From: a virus | Lineage: Duplodnaviria > Caudoviricetes | Length of the DNA: 64,000 bases | Virus record (IMG/VR): IMGVR_UViG_2885360797_000005 | Direction: 5' to 3' (one strand) | In this document: in pieces, positions 1-9,053 of the stretch | How the letters are laid out: every line of letters begins with the position of its first letter | How positions within the stretch are numbered: the first letter of the stretch is position 1 | Notes under the pieces: generated by a model | Databases searched by the model: none | The model's input: only the letters and a program-made list of their open reading frames with translations | What the model was told of the DNA's origin: nothing | Position numbers and translations under genes: made by a program

Positions 1-2581
1 TGCTGACGTTGTTTTCAAACTTATACATCGGCAGGCTCTTCTCGCGTCCTCCTGCTTCAAGAGCGGTGGCGGCTGAGTAGTTAAGTGCCTGCACACAGGT
101 ACACGTCACGTCAACGGCGGTAACGCTGATTACACGAGTGCGCTCGTTGCCGTCCGCGTCAGTGGCTTTGATTTTGTAGTCCTTGCTCGATGCCCCGGTT
201 ATGAACTCGGTAAAGTCAAATTCAAATTTGAGGTCATTGGCTGATGTTGAGGACGGCTGATTGACAACCTCACTCCACAACTCTATATTGGTGGTCGGGT
301 CGATGATACTCAGTGAGCGGATTGTTCCCAGTACCTCATCTTCGCCGTCATAACTTACGCTCTTGATGGCGGCCGACAAAACGATTTTACCACCATACGC
401 GCCCCATACGGCAGAGTCGCAGTAGATGGTGAGTGTGCTTCCGCTCTGACCGCCACCGCCGTTGCTCTTGGGTATCTTCACGGAATCGCCGAGAGGTTCG
501 CCTGCTTTAGTTACGGCTTGTATGATATAATCCGATGGGGCGGGTTCTATCTGCAAGCCTCCGAATGAGCGTTGTTCCATATCGTACGCGCCGCCGGTTG
601 ACAATGCTTTAGTGCCGTTTACCTCTGGCTCGTTGCCGAGTTCAAAAGTAGAGCCACCGCCACCGCCGAAGTCTGGCCATAGGTCATCGCCGTTTGTCGC
701 GGATATATCCTGCACCTGCCCACGGAACTGCTTTGTCTCCCATGCATGGGGCGTTTTGGAAGAATCCCTGCGGTAGGTTATGACAAGTCCGGATTTGAGA
801 TAGTTTACCCCGGTGGTGTCGCGCAGGTCAATGAGTGCCTGTATGGCAAGCGACATGGTGTAGTCTTTATCTTCGCACACCTCATTGACATTCACGATGG
901 CTTCTGCGCCTGCGCTCATGCCTGCGAGATCGAGCCAGTTTTCACTGCTCAAAACATCTTCCTTTTCAAGTGTCGCGCCGACATACTGGTATATCTTCCA
1001 CGCACCGTGAGCAACGGCAAAGGTAATCTGCAAGCCGAAACCTGCCTTTCCCTGCTCATAGACTATCGCTGGAGCATAATACTTGGTGTCGGTCGGGTCG
1101 TTCAATTGATAGAACAACTTGTCGGGGTCGCTTGTGGGTATTTCCGATGTGAGGTTGAACGTATTGCCGACTGAAGCCCCTCCGACCATTGTCAGTTTAT
1201 CGTTGATAATGCGGTATAGTCCGTCTGCCATACGATATAGACAGCCGGAATTATACGTCATGTCAGAGTTATATTCTTCTTCAGGGAGGTCATAAAAATT
1301 GGTGTTGCCAAAACTGCGGAAATACCAACCGCCCTCTTCATTCGGACAAAGCCATACACCACTTTTAGGTGTAGTGCCGGTTCCATCCCATTGACCGTCA
1401 CAAAGCAGAATCCCTAAGTTGCGCAATCGGTTGGCTGTGTTTTTTAGATTTTTCTGCAACTGCGCTCCTTCATCGCCGGGGAACGCCGTGTTTGCTGTAC
1501 GACCCAGTGCAAGGTCATTACCAATGATGACAAGTTGTGTGCCACTCCAACGATAGGTTTTATTATCTGAGGTAGAAATATACACCTTGCCACCTTCGGG
1601 GATTCTACCTTTTGCGTCACCTTCACCAAAGGAGCCACCGTCAAGCCAGTTGTTGTAGTAGGTGAATTTTGATGTGATGAGTGAGGCTGTTCCGTCCGTA
1701 AGTTCCCAGTAATCCACAACGTTCAATAGAGGCAACGCCTCAACGCTCTCTGCGGTGGCGGTGGCAGGAGTGTTGAGTGTCTTTATCGGGCGCAATATCT
1801 GCTCTCTCCATTGTGTACGCTGTTCATCGGGTATGGCCAAATGCGACACTGCAAGAATAAATCGGTTGCGGTCGCTGTCATAAACCACCATACAACCGGC
1901 ATCAGTTGATTTTTTGTTCGCTGATTGTGCAAGCGGTGTTATGTCGGAGACTATGGCATTGAACTCTACGACATCATCAACGAAGCCGGGAAGCTGCGCT
2001 GACGGAACTTTGCCGTTTGCGTCAAGAGAGGCCAGGCCGTTAGCCTTGCCCTTGCTGTTGTTGATGCTCTGAATGCTTGTCTCAGCATTGGTCACGCGAG
2101 TTTTCAGGCCGGACACATCGGTCGTGAGCGTATTGACCGAACTGCCGATAGTGTTTATCTGCGTGCGTATCTGCTCAATGCTCTGTGCGTTTGCCGATAC
2201 ATCTTTCGCCAGTTCTTTCAAATCAGCGTCAAGGGCCGCAACGGCATCGTTGTACTGTTGGCTGTCAATGGTCGGGTTGCCTGCCGATTCGCCGGTCGCT
2301 ACCCATGCACCGCCGTCTGCGATGTATAGGGGCGCAGGCAGGGTGTTGCCGACTAATGCCCACCAACCGTCATGCGGTAACGGATATGCCTCACGGAGTT
2401 TAGTCACGTCAAGGAAGATACCTTTGTTGGGGCCTTTGATGTTTCGGGCATCAAGCCATCCCTCAACTTTCAGATTCTTCTTGACAGTCGTATTCCCCTG
2501 TATGGTCGCGTTACCGCCTGCGGTGACGTGTCTGCCGATAGCCACATCACCCTCAATTTCGGTTGTCTTTATCTGACTCAT
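1..2581 (-). CDS. Large tail fibre / structural protein, 3' end outside the window (absent from the ORF track)
   Basis: Manual translation from ATG 2581 (ATGA overlap with the upstream stop): MSQIKTTEIEGDVAIGRHV...; coiled-coil segment, GLASLDANGKVPSAQLP fibre motif, Gly-rich linkers; no stop seen down to position 1. Confidence 0.75.
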   Translation of the reverse strand, partial: MSQIKTTEIEGDVAIGRHVTAGGNATIQGNTTVKKNLKVEGWLDARNIKGPNKGIFLDVTKLREAYPLPHDGWWALVGNTLPAPLYIADGGAWVATGESAGNPTIDSQQYNDAVAALDADLKELAKDVSANAQSIEQIRTQINTIGSSVNTLTTDVSGLKTRVTNAETSIQSINNSKGKANGLASLDANGKVPSAQLPGFVDDVVEFNAIVSDITPLAQSANKKSTDAGCMVVYDSDRNRFILAVSHLAIPDEQRTQWREQILRPIKTLNTPATATAESVEALPLLNVVDYWELTDGTASLITSKFTYYNNWLDGGSFGEGDAKGRIPEGGKVYISTSDNKTYRWSGTQLVIIGNDLALGRTANTAFPGDEGAQLQKNLKNTANRLRNLGILLCDGQWDGTGTTPKSGVWLCPNEEGGWYFRSFGNTNFYDLPEEEYNSDMTYNSGCLYRMADGLYRIINDKLTMVGGASVGNTFNLTSEIPTSDPDKLFYQLNDPTDTKYYAPAIVYEQGKAGFGLQITFAVAHGAWKIYQYVGATLEKEDVLSSENWLDLAGMSAGAEAIVNVNEVCEDKDYTMSLAIQALIDLRDTTGVNYLKSGLVITYRRDSSKTPHAWETKQFRGQVQDISATNGDDLWPDFGGGGGSTFELGNEPEVNGTKALSTGGAYDMEQRSFGGLQIEPAPSDYIIQAVTKAGEPLGDSVKIPKSNGGGGQSGSTLTIYCDSAVWGAYGGKIVLSAAIKSVSYDGEDEVLGTIRSLSIIDPTTNIELWSEVVNQPSSTSANDLKFEFDFTEFITGASSKDYKIKATDADGNERTRVISVTAVDVTCTCVQALNYSAATALEAGGREKSLPMYKFENNVS

Positions 2582-3213
2582 ACTAAAAGTTGTTTGCTAA
2601 GTTCTGACATTACTGAGGATAGTTCGCTCTGACCGATTGTGGCAAGTACAAGCGAGGCGGCTTGATAGACCACCGACATATAGCACCGCTCCGGGATTTC
2701 GATACCGCCGTCACAATCCACTTTCGGTAGAGGGATATAGACGGCCTGCTCAACGGTCGCGGTCTTGTCCTTGCAGGAGAATAATTCCAGCGCACGGCCC
2801 TCGGCTCGGCTGACAATAGCCACAACTGGTTTCTGCGGATTTCCTCGCAGTCCCTTGTAGCGTGAGAATTGCAGCTGATACTGAGGGTCGGCGGCTGTGA
2901 TTGGTTCATACACTGGTCGCTCCCAATCACTCATTTTGAAGATTAATAGGCGCATGAAATCTTCGGGCAGGAGTGTCCAGCCCGAACCTTTGCTTCGCCA
3001 AAAGACGGCATCGCCGAATGGCAGACCGCCGTCAAGCAGGTGCGTGGGTGCTTCGGTCACAACCCTGCGCACAGCCTCGACAATCTTGGAGCGCACAATA
3101 TCGTTCAGCGACAGGGTGTCAATATCCTCATCGGCTACCAGTTGTTCGCTCGTCTTGTTTTCGTCTATGGCGATACGCACGTCACGCGCGATTTGCAGGA
3201 TTTTATACACCAT
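2578..3213 (-). CDS. Putative head-tail adaptor / head completion protein
   Basis: Size and position between capsid genes and tail fibre; helical N- and C-termini typical of adaptors. Confidence 0.55.
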   Translation of the reverse strand: MVYKILQIARDVRIAIDENKTSEQLVADEDIDTLSLNDIVRSKIVEAVRRVVTEAPTHLLDGGLPFGDAVFWRSKGSGWTLLPEDFMRLLIFKMSDWERPVYEPITAADPQYQLQFSRYKGLRGNPQKPVVAIVSRAEGRALELFSCKDKTATVEQAVYIPLPKVDCDGGIEIPERCYMSVVYQAASLVLATIGQSELSSVMSELSKQLLV

Positions 3214-3225
3214 ATCGCCGGACGT

Positions 3226-3789
3226 TTACACGAAGATTATTTCTACGTTGTGGACCTTGCCTGCGTTGATGATGTCCTCGCGGTTGCGCAGCTTGCTACG
3301 GACGTAGCCGAAAGTCTGCTCAAGGTAGTCCTTTGCATCATCGTTGCAGGAAAACTCCACCTGCGTGAGCGGTGCGGTCGGCGCGGATTCTTCGGGCTGT
3401 TCCTCGGATGTCGCGCCGTCCTCGGCGTTGACCTCGGCGGCCTCTGCTTCCTCGGTAGGTTCGGGGACTTTCTCGGCTTCTGCCGTGGGCGTGGGCGCAG
3501 GATTGCGCCGCTCTGCGATTGCAGTAGCAGGCTTGGGTCGCTCGATGTGGATTTCTTCATCCAGTTCTATGGTTCGGACAATGCGGATGCGTCCGCGCTT
3601 GAACTCGTTGCTGTTCTCTATTGCCTGCTGAATGAGGAAACTACTTGTGGTATATGTGGCAGGTGTCACGCCGATGGCATTCATACTGCCTCCAGTAAAT
3701 GTAACCTTGAGGGTATTCTTACCGAAGCGGATGATGCTCTGATATTCCATCATGCCCGACACGCCGTAGGTTATTCTCTTTTTTTTCAT
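3226..3789 (-). CDS. Hypothetical phage protein with acidic Pro/Ala linker
   Basis: ORF in the structural operon directly after the capsid terminator. Confidence 0.7.
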   Translation of the reverse strand: MKKKRITYGVSGMMEYQSIIRFGKNTLKVTFTGGSMNAIGVTPATYTTSSFLIQQAIENSNEFKRGRIRIVRTIELDEEIHIERPKPATAIAERRNPAPTPTAEAEKVPEPTEEAEAAEVNAEDGATSEEQPEESAPTAPLTQVEFSCNDDAKDYLEQTFGYVRSKLRNREDIINAGKVHNVEIIFV

Positions 3790-3802
3790 TGTTGTGGCAT
3801 TT

Positions 3803-3841
3803 ATTAAAAGAGGCGGACGGCATTTCTACCAGTCCGCCTCT
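3803..3841 (-). terminator. Intrinsic terminator after the major capsid gene
   Basis: Stem AGAGGCGGAC/GTCCGCCTCT (3809-3818 / 3832-3841) followed by T-run on the minus strand. Confidence 0.7.
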
Positions 3842-3868
3842 CTGTTGTTTACTTAGTCTTGATGGGCC

Positions 3869-5446
3869 TTAGACGCTGATTACATCGCCAACCTCATACT
3901 CGCTCCACGTTGTTGTGGTCTTGGTGGTCGCGGAAGCACCCTCACCTGTGGTAGTGGTGGTGTTCTTGGCACGCCAAAGCGTACCCTTGACAGCGGTGGC
4001 TGCGATACCGGGGCAGTCGCTCAGCAGGTAGTAGATACCGCCGTCAACCGGGGATTCGGGGGCAGTAGAGCCTTCGTAGAACAGATAGTGGGCTGCGTCC
4101 TCGTTGACGTTGTCGTTGGCGGTGGTGTCCTCGCCGTTGATCCATAAGTGGCAAGAACCTTTGAGGGCGATTGCATCCCATGTGAGAATGCTCTCGCGTG
4201 TTGCCTCTTCGCCCTCCACGCGGTCAGACGATGAGTGTTCCGCGGCGAGAACGTAACGCACAAGGCGGTCGGGCGAAAGCAAGAATGCCGAATTGCTCCA
4301 GCCGAGGCGGTCAAAGGTCGGCTCACGCTTGAACTCGATGTCGCCGAACACGGTGTGAATGGCGGTGACGGTCCATCCGAACTTGTTGGTCTTGACGTCA
4401 ATCTTGACCTCCGGGTGCTTCGAGAAGTCGATGCACTGGATGTTCTCAAGGAAGTTCTTGCCGCAGAGGGCCAGGCCACTGCTCGGAACATCCTCGCCGG
4501 TGAAGAACATCTTGGCAAGGGCGATGAACTCTTCGTAAGTCCACTTGCCGATGTGCTGAATCTCTTTCTTCACCTGATAGCGCACGCCCTCGGAGAAGTA
4601 GATGTCCTGCACGCCGACTTCGGGTGTGTTCACCTTAATCTTGCCCTTACGTCCGGCAAGCAGGGAGCGGTTGGTGTCGCACTTGAACTTGGTAAGTGCG
4701 GCCTCGGCGATGATTGCCTTGGTGAACGGGATGCGTTTCTTGACGGCATCGAAGTAGTCCGACACGATGCGGTTCATGCCACGCTTCTGCAAGAACACGC
4801 GAGTGGGCTGCGGAACAAAGAGGTCGGGGTCAACTTTCTTCTGCGTTTCATAGAGCGCGTTGCCGAGCAGAATGAGTTTCGTTCCGGCAGGAATTGCAGG
4901 CGTAGTGCAATACTCAGCATCAGTGGTTGACTTGGGACCGTTCACGGCGCGACAGATGGGATTGCCTGTTGTGGGGTCGTGACCGACAACAAACAGCATG
5001 AGGTCTTTGCCGGGCGTTGCCTTGCTTCCGTCCTCGGTATAGCCGTCAACGCCAACGGCAAGCAACGTGCCGTAGGGGCGCGGAATCTGCTGGTCGTCGC
5101 CGTCAAGGGAAACTACGAACTGATTGCTTGTGCCTTTGGCAACGGCGGCGGTTGTGGTCACGCAGGTGCGAGGCTCGTCAATCATGTAGTGGTCAACTTC
5201 GGGCGATGTTACCTTGACACGCTTTGCTTTCAGCGCAATCTGCATGAGGGGTGTGTCATCGCCCTTAAACTTGTAGAGTTCTTCGTCAAGGTCGGGCTGC
5301 ACGAGGTTTCCACCGTCAATGCCGCCAGTTGCCCCTGCGAGATTGCTCACAGTAGCGGCTGCTCCGCTTACCTGCGAACTGACTCCGGCTGAGCCGGGGG
5401 TCGGGGTGGGATTTGTACCACCAACAATTACTGTTTCTCCGTCCAT
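3869..5446 (-). CDS. Major capsid protein with C-terminal extra domain
   Basis: 525 aa, follows scaffold, followed by a terminator; DTPL near the N-terminus and T.I.T.FG.I..K.E motif as in HK97-fold capsids; strongly biased codons. Confidence 0.8.
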   Translation of the reverse strand: MDGETVIVGGTNPTPTPGSAGVSSQVSGAAATVSNLAGATGGIDGGNLVQPDLDEELYKFKGDDTPLMQIALKAKRVKVTSPEVDHYMIDEPRTCVTTTAAVAKGTSNQFVVSLDGDDQQIPRPYGTLLAVGVDGYTEDGSKATPGKDLMLFVVGHDPTTGNPICRAVNGPKSTTDAEYCTTPAIPAGTKLILLGNALYETQKKVDPDLFVPQPTRVFLQKRGMNRIVSDYFDAVKKRIPFTKAIIAEAALTKFKCDTNRSLLAGRKGKIKVNTPEVGVQDIYFSEGVRYQVKKEIQHIGKWTYEEFIALAKMFFTGEDVPSSGLALCGKNFLENIQCIDFSKHPEVKIDVKTNKFGWTVTAIHTVFGDIEFKREPTFDRLGWSNSAFLLSPDRLVRYVLAAEHSSSDRVEGEEATRESILTWDAIALKGSCHLWINGEDTTANDNVNEDAAHYLFYEGSTAPESPVDGGIYYLLSDCPGIAATAVKGTLWRAKNTTTTTGEGASATTKTTTTWSEYEVGDVISV

Positions 5447-5473
5447 GGTTGGAAAAATTTTGTGATTAAAGAT

Positions 5474-5644
5474 TTATTTATTGTCGTTTTCAATGAAATT
5501 GCCTTTGCCTATTCCACCAGTCGCGGATGCAAGATTGCTGACTGACGCGGTCGCGCCTGCAACATGACTGCGGATTCCTGCCGACCCTTTTGTCGGTGTG
5601 ACCTTATAGCCCTCATCGGGGCAGTGTACCACAACGCCGTCCAT
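5474..5644 (-). CDS. 56-aa small protein paralogous to the capsid N-terminus (not in the ORF track)
   Basis: MDGVVVHCPDEGYKVTPTKGSAGIRSHVAGATASVSNLASATGGIGKGNFIENDNK*; starts 2 nt after the scaffold stop and aligns with capsid residues ~1-52. Confidence 0.8.
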   Translation of the reverse strand: MDGVVVHCPDEGYKVTPTKGSAGIRSHVAGATASVSNLASATGGIGKGNFIENDNK

Positions 5645-5646
5645 GA

Positions 5647-6387
5647 CTACATGGCTTCGCTGGCGAGGTCAAACATAGACTGCTCTTTGCGTGTCGGAGC
5701 TGCGCCCTGTCCGTTCTTGCCGCCGATTGGGGCTGTGCCGTCACCTTTCTTGCTCTTGCGCAGTTTCTCCACAACTTTTGCGTTGCGTCCTGCTATCTCG
5801 CCCTCTTCACCTGCGGCCGCTACATCGGCATCGTAGTTGAGGGCCTTGCTGGCCATGTCAAGAGTTTCGGTGCTGAACTTGCCCATAACGCCGTCACGGA
5901 CTATGCCGAGGAGGAGTTCAACGAGTTTGTCAATCTGCTCATCGCTCATGCCGCGCTCGGCCTGGAACTGACGGAGAGTTTCAAGAGTGGTGTCCATGTT
6001 CTTCTCATACTCTTCGTCCAGTTTCTTGGAGTTGGCTACGCGCTCGACATAATCCTTATTGGCTTCGGCAATCTTGTCCTGCATTTCGGGGTCGTCAAGC
6101 ACGTCCTTGATTTCCACGCCGAAGTTGCGCACAAGACCGAGAACCGGGTCAGTGCCGTTATGCATATCGGTGAGGAACTGCGCACTGCGAGGGTCGGCCG
6201 CGAACATATCCGACAGAGATTTCTCCCTGCCGCGATACCCCTCCAACTCTGCCTCGTAATTGTCGTAATCATCGGAAATCTGTCCGTAGATTTCCTCATC
6301 GTCCTCGAATTTCTTTTCGGGGTATTTCTTGCGCAGCCGTTCAAGGTGTTGGTCGCGCCTGCTCTTAACTTCGTTAGTATCAGCCAT
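5647..6387 (-). CDS. Putative capsid scaffolding protein
   Basis: Acidic, helical 246 aa upstream of the capsid gene; Gly/Pro linker and short C-terminal helix. Confidence 0.65.
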   Translation of the reverse strand: MADTNEVKSRRDQHLERLRKKYPEKKFEDDEEIYGQISDDYDNYEAELEGYRGREKSLSDMFAADPRSAQFLTDMHNGTDPVLGLVRNFGVEIKDVLDDPEMQDKIAEANKDYVERVANSKKLDEEYEKNMDTTLETLRQFQAERGMSDEQIDKLVELLLGIVRDGVMGKFSTETLDMASKALNYDADVAAAGEEGEIAGRNAKVVEKLRKSKKGDGTAPIGGKNGQGAAPTRKEQSMFDLASEAM

Positions 6388-6423
6388 TATTTTGAAAATC
6401 TTATGGTTGGGTCATTATCTATG

Positions 6424-6468
6424 CGCAAAAATAAGTCTATAAATTCGGGCGCGACTTTTAAGTTTTGT
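6424..6468 (-). promoter_or_regulatory. Putative late promoter for the scaffold-capsid operon
   Basis: Minus strand ACAAAACTTAAAAGTCGC-N17-TATTTTTG (Bacteroidetes -7 consensus TAnnTTTG). Confidence 0.65.
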
Positions 6469-6481
6469 GACGTGAATTGGT

Positions 6482-6489
6482 TAACTTTG
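6482..6489 (+). promoter_or_regulatory. -7 promoter element for the regulator-terL operon
   Basis: TAACTTTG 35 nt upstream of ATG 6525. Confidence 0.55.
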
Positions 6490-6524
6490 CATAGGAACTA
6501 CCAATCAACATCGCAATGGAATAG

Positions 6525-6971
6525 ATGGCTAAACATTTCGGCTCTATAATGGATTTCACGAGCCAACGCAATGATGACCTCATGCGTGCATATCGTGAAC
6601 AACTCGCCTTGGCGAATTACATTATTATGCCCGAAATTTTTGAGAAGGTGGCTGAATCACCTGCAAGACGCTTCTGGGTTTCCGAAGAGCGGGCCACCGT
6701 GGAGGTGGCGCGTATGTTGGTTGGAAAGCCGTTTTCGCGTATGCGTCAGAACAAACGCGAGATGTTTGAAGAGATATTTCGCAGGTACTTGGCTCTCCGC
6801 GATTTGCACCCCGACAAATCACTCTTTGAACTGGTGTCAAGGGTTGTCCATCAGCCTGCTCCGAAATTCTATCTTACACCTCGCACAGTAGGAGAATTCA
6901 TATACCGCATTAAGAATGGTTGGTATGACAAGCAGTTTGACCGATATAGACAAGATATTGACGGAGAATGA
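6525..6971 (+). CDS. Putative DNA-binding late transcription regulator (Mor/C-like HTH)
   Basis: Internal duplication (SPARRFWVSEERA / QPAPKFYLTPRTV) resembling HTH recognition segments; divergent from the capsid operon. Confidence 0.45.
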   Translation: MAKHFGSIMDFTSQRNDDLMRAYREQLALANYIIMPEIFEKVAESPARRFWVSEERATVEVARMLVGKPFSRMRQNKREMFEEIFRRYLALRDLHPDKSLFELVSRVVHQPAPKFYLTPRTVGEFIYRIKNGWYDKQFDRYRQDIDGE

Positions 6972-9036
6972 CCGCCGTAATGAGGTGATGTATGCTTCGT
7001 TCAACCCGATTACTGGAGAGGGTTCTATTGGGGAAAGGGTCAAGGTGTCTATCTCCGACTTCGTCATGCCGGTCCAGTGGTTGCCTGATGAAATGATGTC
7101 TATCCCTTTTGTCAGCAAACTGGTTAAGGCAGGCTCTATTGACAGATTCCTTTCGGATGTCCTGCACGTTGAGCCGAACGATACAGACCATGACAAGGTT
7201 TCCGAGAAGTTCATACGCCTGCGCTATCGGCACGATTTCGCTTTTTGGGCCGCAACCCTTGTGTGGATTCACAACAAGGATGCAGGCTCTGACGTGCTGT
7301 TCCGGCTACGCTATCCGCAACGCATACTGGTGTCGCGCTTTGAAGAGAAGCGAAAGGCAGGCTTGCCTATACGTCTTATCCTGCTGAAAGCACGTCAGTG
7401 GGGCGGCTCCACTACGACCCAGTTGTATATGGCATGGTTGCAGTTCTTTCACAAGCGAGGGCTGAACTCCCTTATCATCGCACATCAAGGCACGGCATCC
7501 GATGAAATCAAGGATATGTTCGACACGATGATAAAGGAATACCCGATTGAATTGCTCTACGACATGGGCGCGTCATACGACCGCAATGCCCCAAAGATGG
7601 TAGGTGTCGGTAAGTCCGGGTCAACATCGCGCGTACCACAGCGCAACTGCAAGATTAAGATTGGTACTGCCGAACGTCCTGACGGTTGCCGTGGCGGTGC
7701 TTATTCGCTCGTCCATCTCTCCGAGGTCGGGATATGGAAAAAGACTGACGGCAAATCTCCCGAAGATATTGTGCGCTCTGCCTGTTCGGGTATTCTCCTG
7801 CGTCCGCTCACAATGATTGTGATGGAATCAACTGCAAATGGTACTGGCAATTTCTTCCACACCGAATATTCTGCGGCCGTTGACCCTAATACTCCATCCC
7901 AGTTTGAGGCGTTGTTTATAGCATGGTTTCAGATCGAGCAATACTCTCTGCCGTTTGAGAGTGGCGAGGAGTTGCGAGATTTCGCAAAGTGGCTCTATGA
8001 TAACCGGGAAAATGACAATGTGCTGTCATCGCGTGAAGAGTGCGGAAAGTATCTTTGGTGGCTGTGGGAAAAGGGTGCGTCACTGGAAGCAATCAACTGG
8101 TACATCAAGGAGCGTAGCGGTAAGAACGACCACGGCATCATGGCTTCCGAGTTCCCCTCGGATGATGTTGAGGCTTTCGTTCATTCCGGAACAATGGTGT
8201 TCGACAAATATCAAGTCGAAGAATTTGAGAACGCCTGCCGTCCTCCGCGCTACATCGGCGATGTATATGCGGATAGTGATGAGGGCGAAAAGGCTCTTGA
8301 GAACCTGCGCTTCCATGAGGACAGGCAGGGGCAGTTCTGCATTTGGGTAAAGCCCGAAGATGATGACGAGGTGGAAATAACCGACCGATACCTCACTGTC
8401 GTTGACGTGGGCGGTCGCTCGGCAAAAGCCGACTGGTCTGTGATTCTTGTTATCGACCGTCTGAATATGATAGAGGGCGGTCGCCCGGCTGTTGTAGCCC
8501 AGTGGTACGGACATTGCGATATTGACCGCCTCGCGTGGAAAGCTGCGCAGGTGGCGGCTTACTACAATGAATCGCTCCTTGTCATAGAGAGCAACACACT
8601 GGAAACACATGACCGAGAAAGGCAGGTTGAGGGTGGCGACCAGTCGCAATATATCCTCAATCAGATTTCAACCATCTATCCCAACCTCTATGCACGCCGT
8701 CAGTCCGAGGACGAGATTAGGCAGGGCGTTCCGCGCAAATATGGCTTCCACACCAACATTGCCACAAAGCCGATGATTATCTCAACGCTCGTCAAAGTCA
8801 TACGCGAACACCTCTACACGGAACGCGACAAGCGGTGTCTTGATGAATATCTGACCTATGAGCGTAAGCAGAACGGCGCGTATGGGGCTATCATCGGCAA
8901 ACATGATGACTTGCTCATGACACGCGCCATCGGTATGCACATCTGCTTCTATGAAATGGATATGCCTCGGATTATTCCCAAACAGCATGGCCCGGCGAAA
9001 AAAAGAAAAGGCCCCGTTTCCGAGGCCGTTTTCTGA
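6916..9036 (+). CDS. terL: Terminase large subunit
   Basis: Walker A KARQWGGST, Walker B VHLSE, ESTANG coupling motif, RNase H-like VVDVGG and HDDLLM. Confidence 0.92.
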   Translation: MVGMTSSLTDIDKILTENDRRNEVMYASFNPITGEGSIGERVKVSISDFVMPVQWLPDEMMSIPFVSKLVKAGSIDRFLSDVLHVEPNDTDHDKVSEKFIRLRYRHDFAFWAATLVWIHNKDAGSDVLFRLRYPQRILVSRFEEKRKAGLPIRLILLKARQWGGSTTTQLYMAWLQFFHKRGLNSLIIAHQGTASDEIKDMFDTMIKEYPIELLYDMGASYDRNAPKMVGVGKSGSTSRVPQRNCKIKIGTAERPDGCRGGAYSLVHLSEVGIWKKTDGKSPEDIVRSACSGILLRPLTMIVMESTANGTGNFFHTEYSAAVDPNTPSQFEALFIAWFQIEQYSLPFESGEELRDFAKWLYDNRENDNVLSSREECGKYLWWLWEKGASLEAINWYIKERSGKNDHGIMASEFPSDDVEAFVHSGTMVFDKYQVEEFENACRPPRYIGDVYADSDEGEKALENLRFHEDRQGQFCIWVKPEDDDEVEITDRYLTVVDVGGRSAKADWSVILVIDRLNMIEGGRPAVVAQWYGHCDIDRLAWKAAQVAAYYNESLLVIESNTLETHDRERQVEGGDQSQYILNQISTIYPNLYARRQSEDEIRQGVPRKYGFHTNIATKPMIISTLVKVIREHLYTERDKRCLDEYLTYERKQNGAYGAIIGKHDDLLMTRAIGMHICFYEMDMPRIIPKQHGPAKKRKGPVSEAVF
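8998..9027 (-). terminator. Intrinsic terminator for the portal transcript, embedded in the terL 3' end
   Basis: Minus strand GGCCTCG-GAAA-CGGGGCC followed by TTTTCTTTTTTT. Confidence 0.8.
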
Positions 9037-9053
9037 TTGGTGTACTGGGGTTG

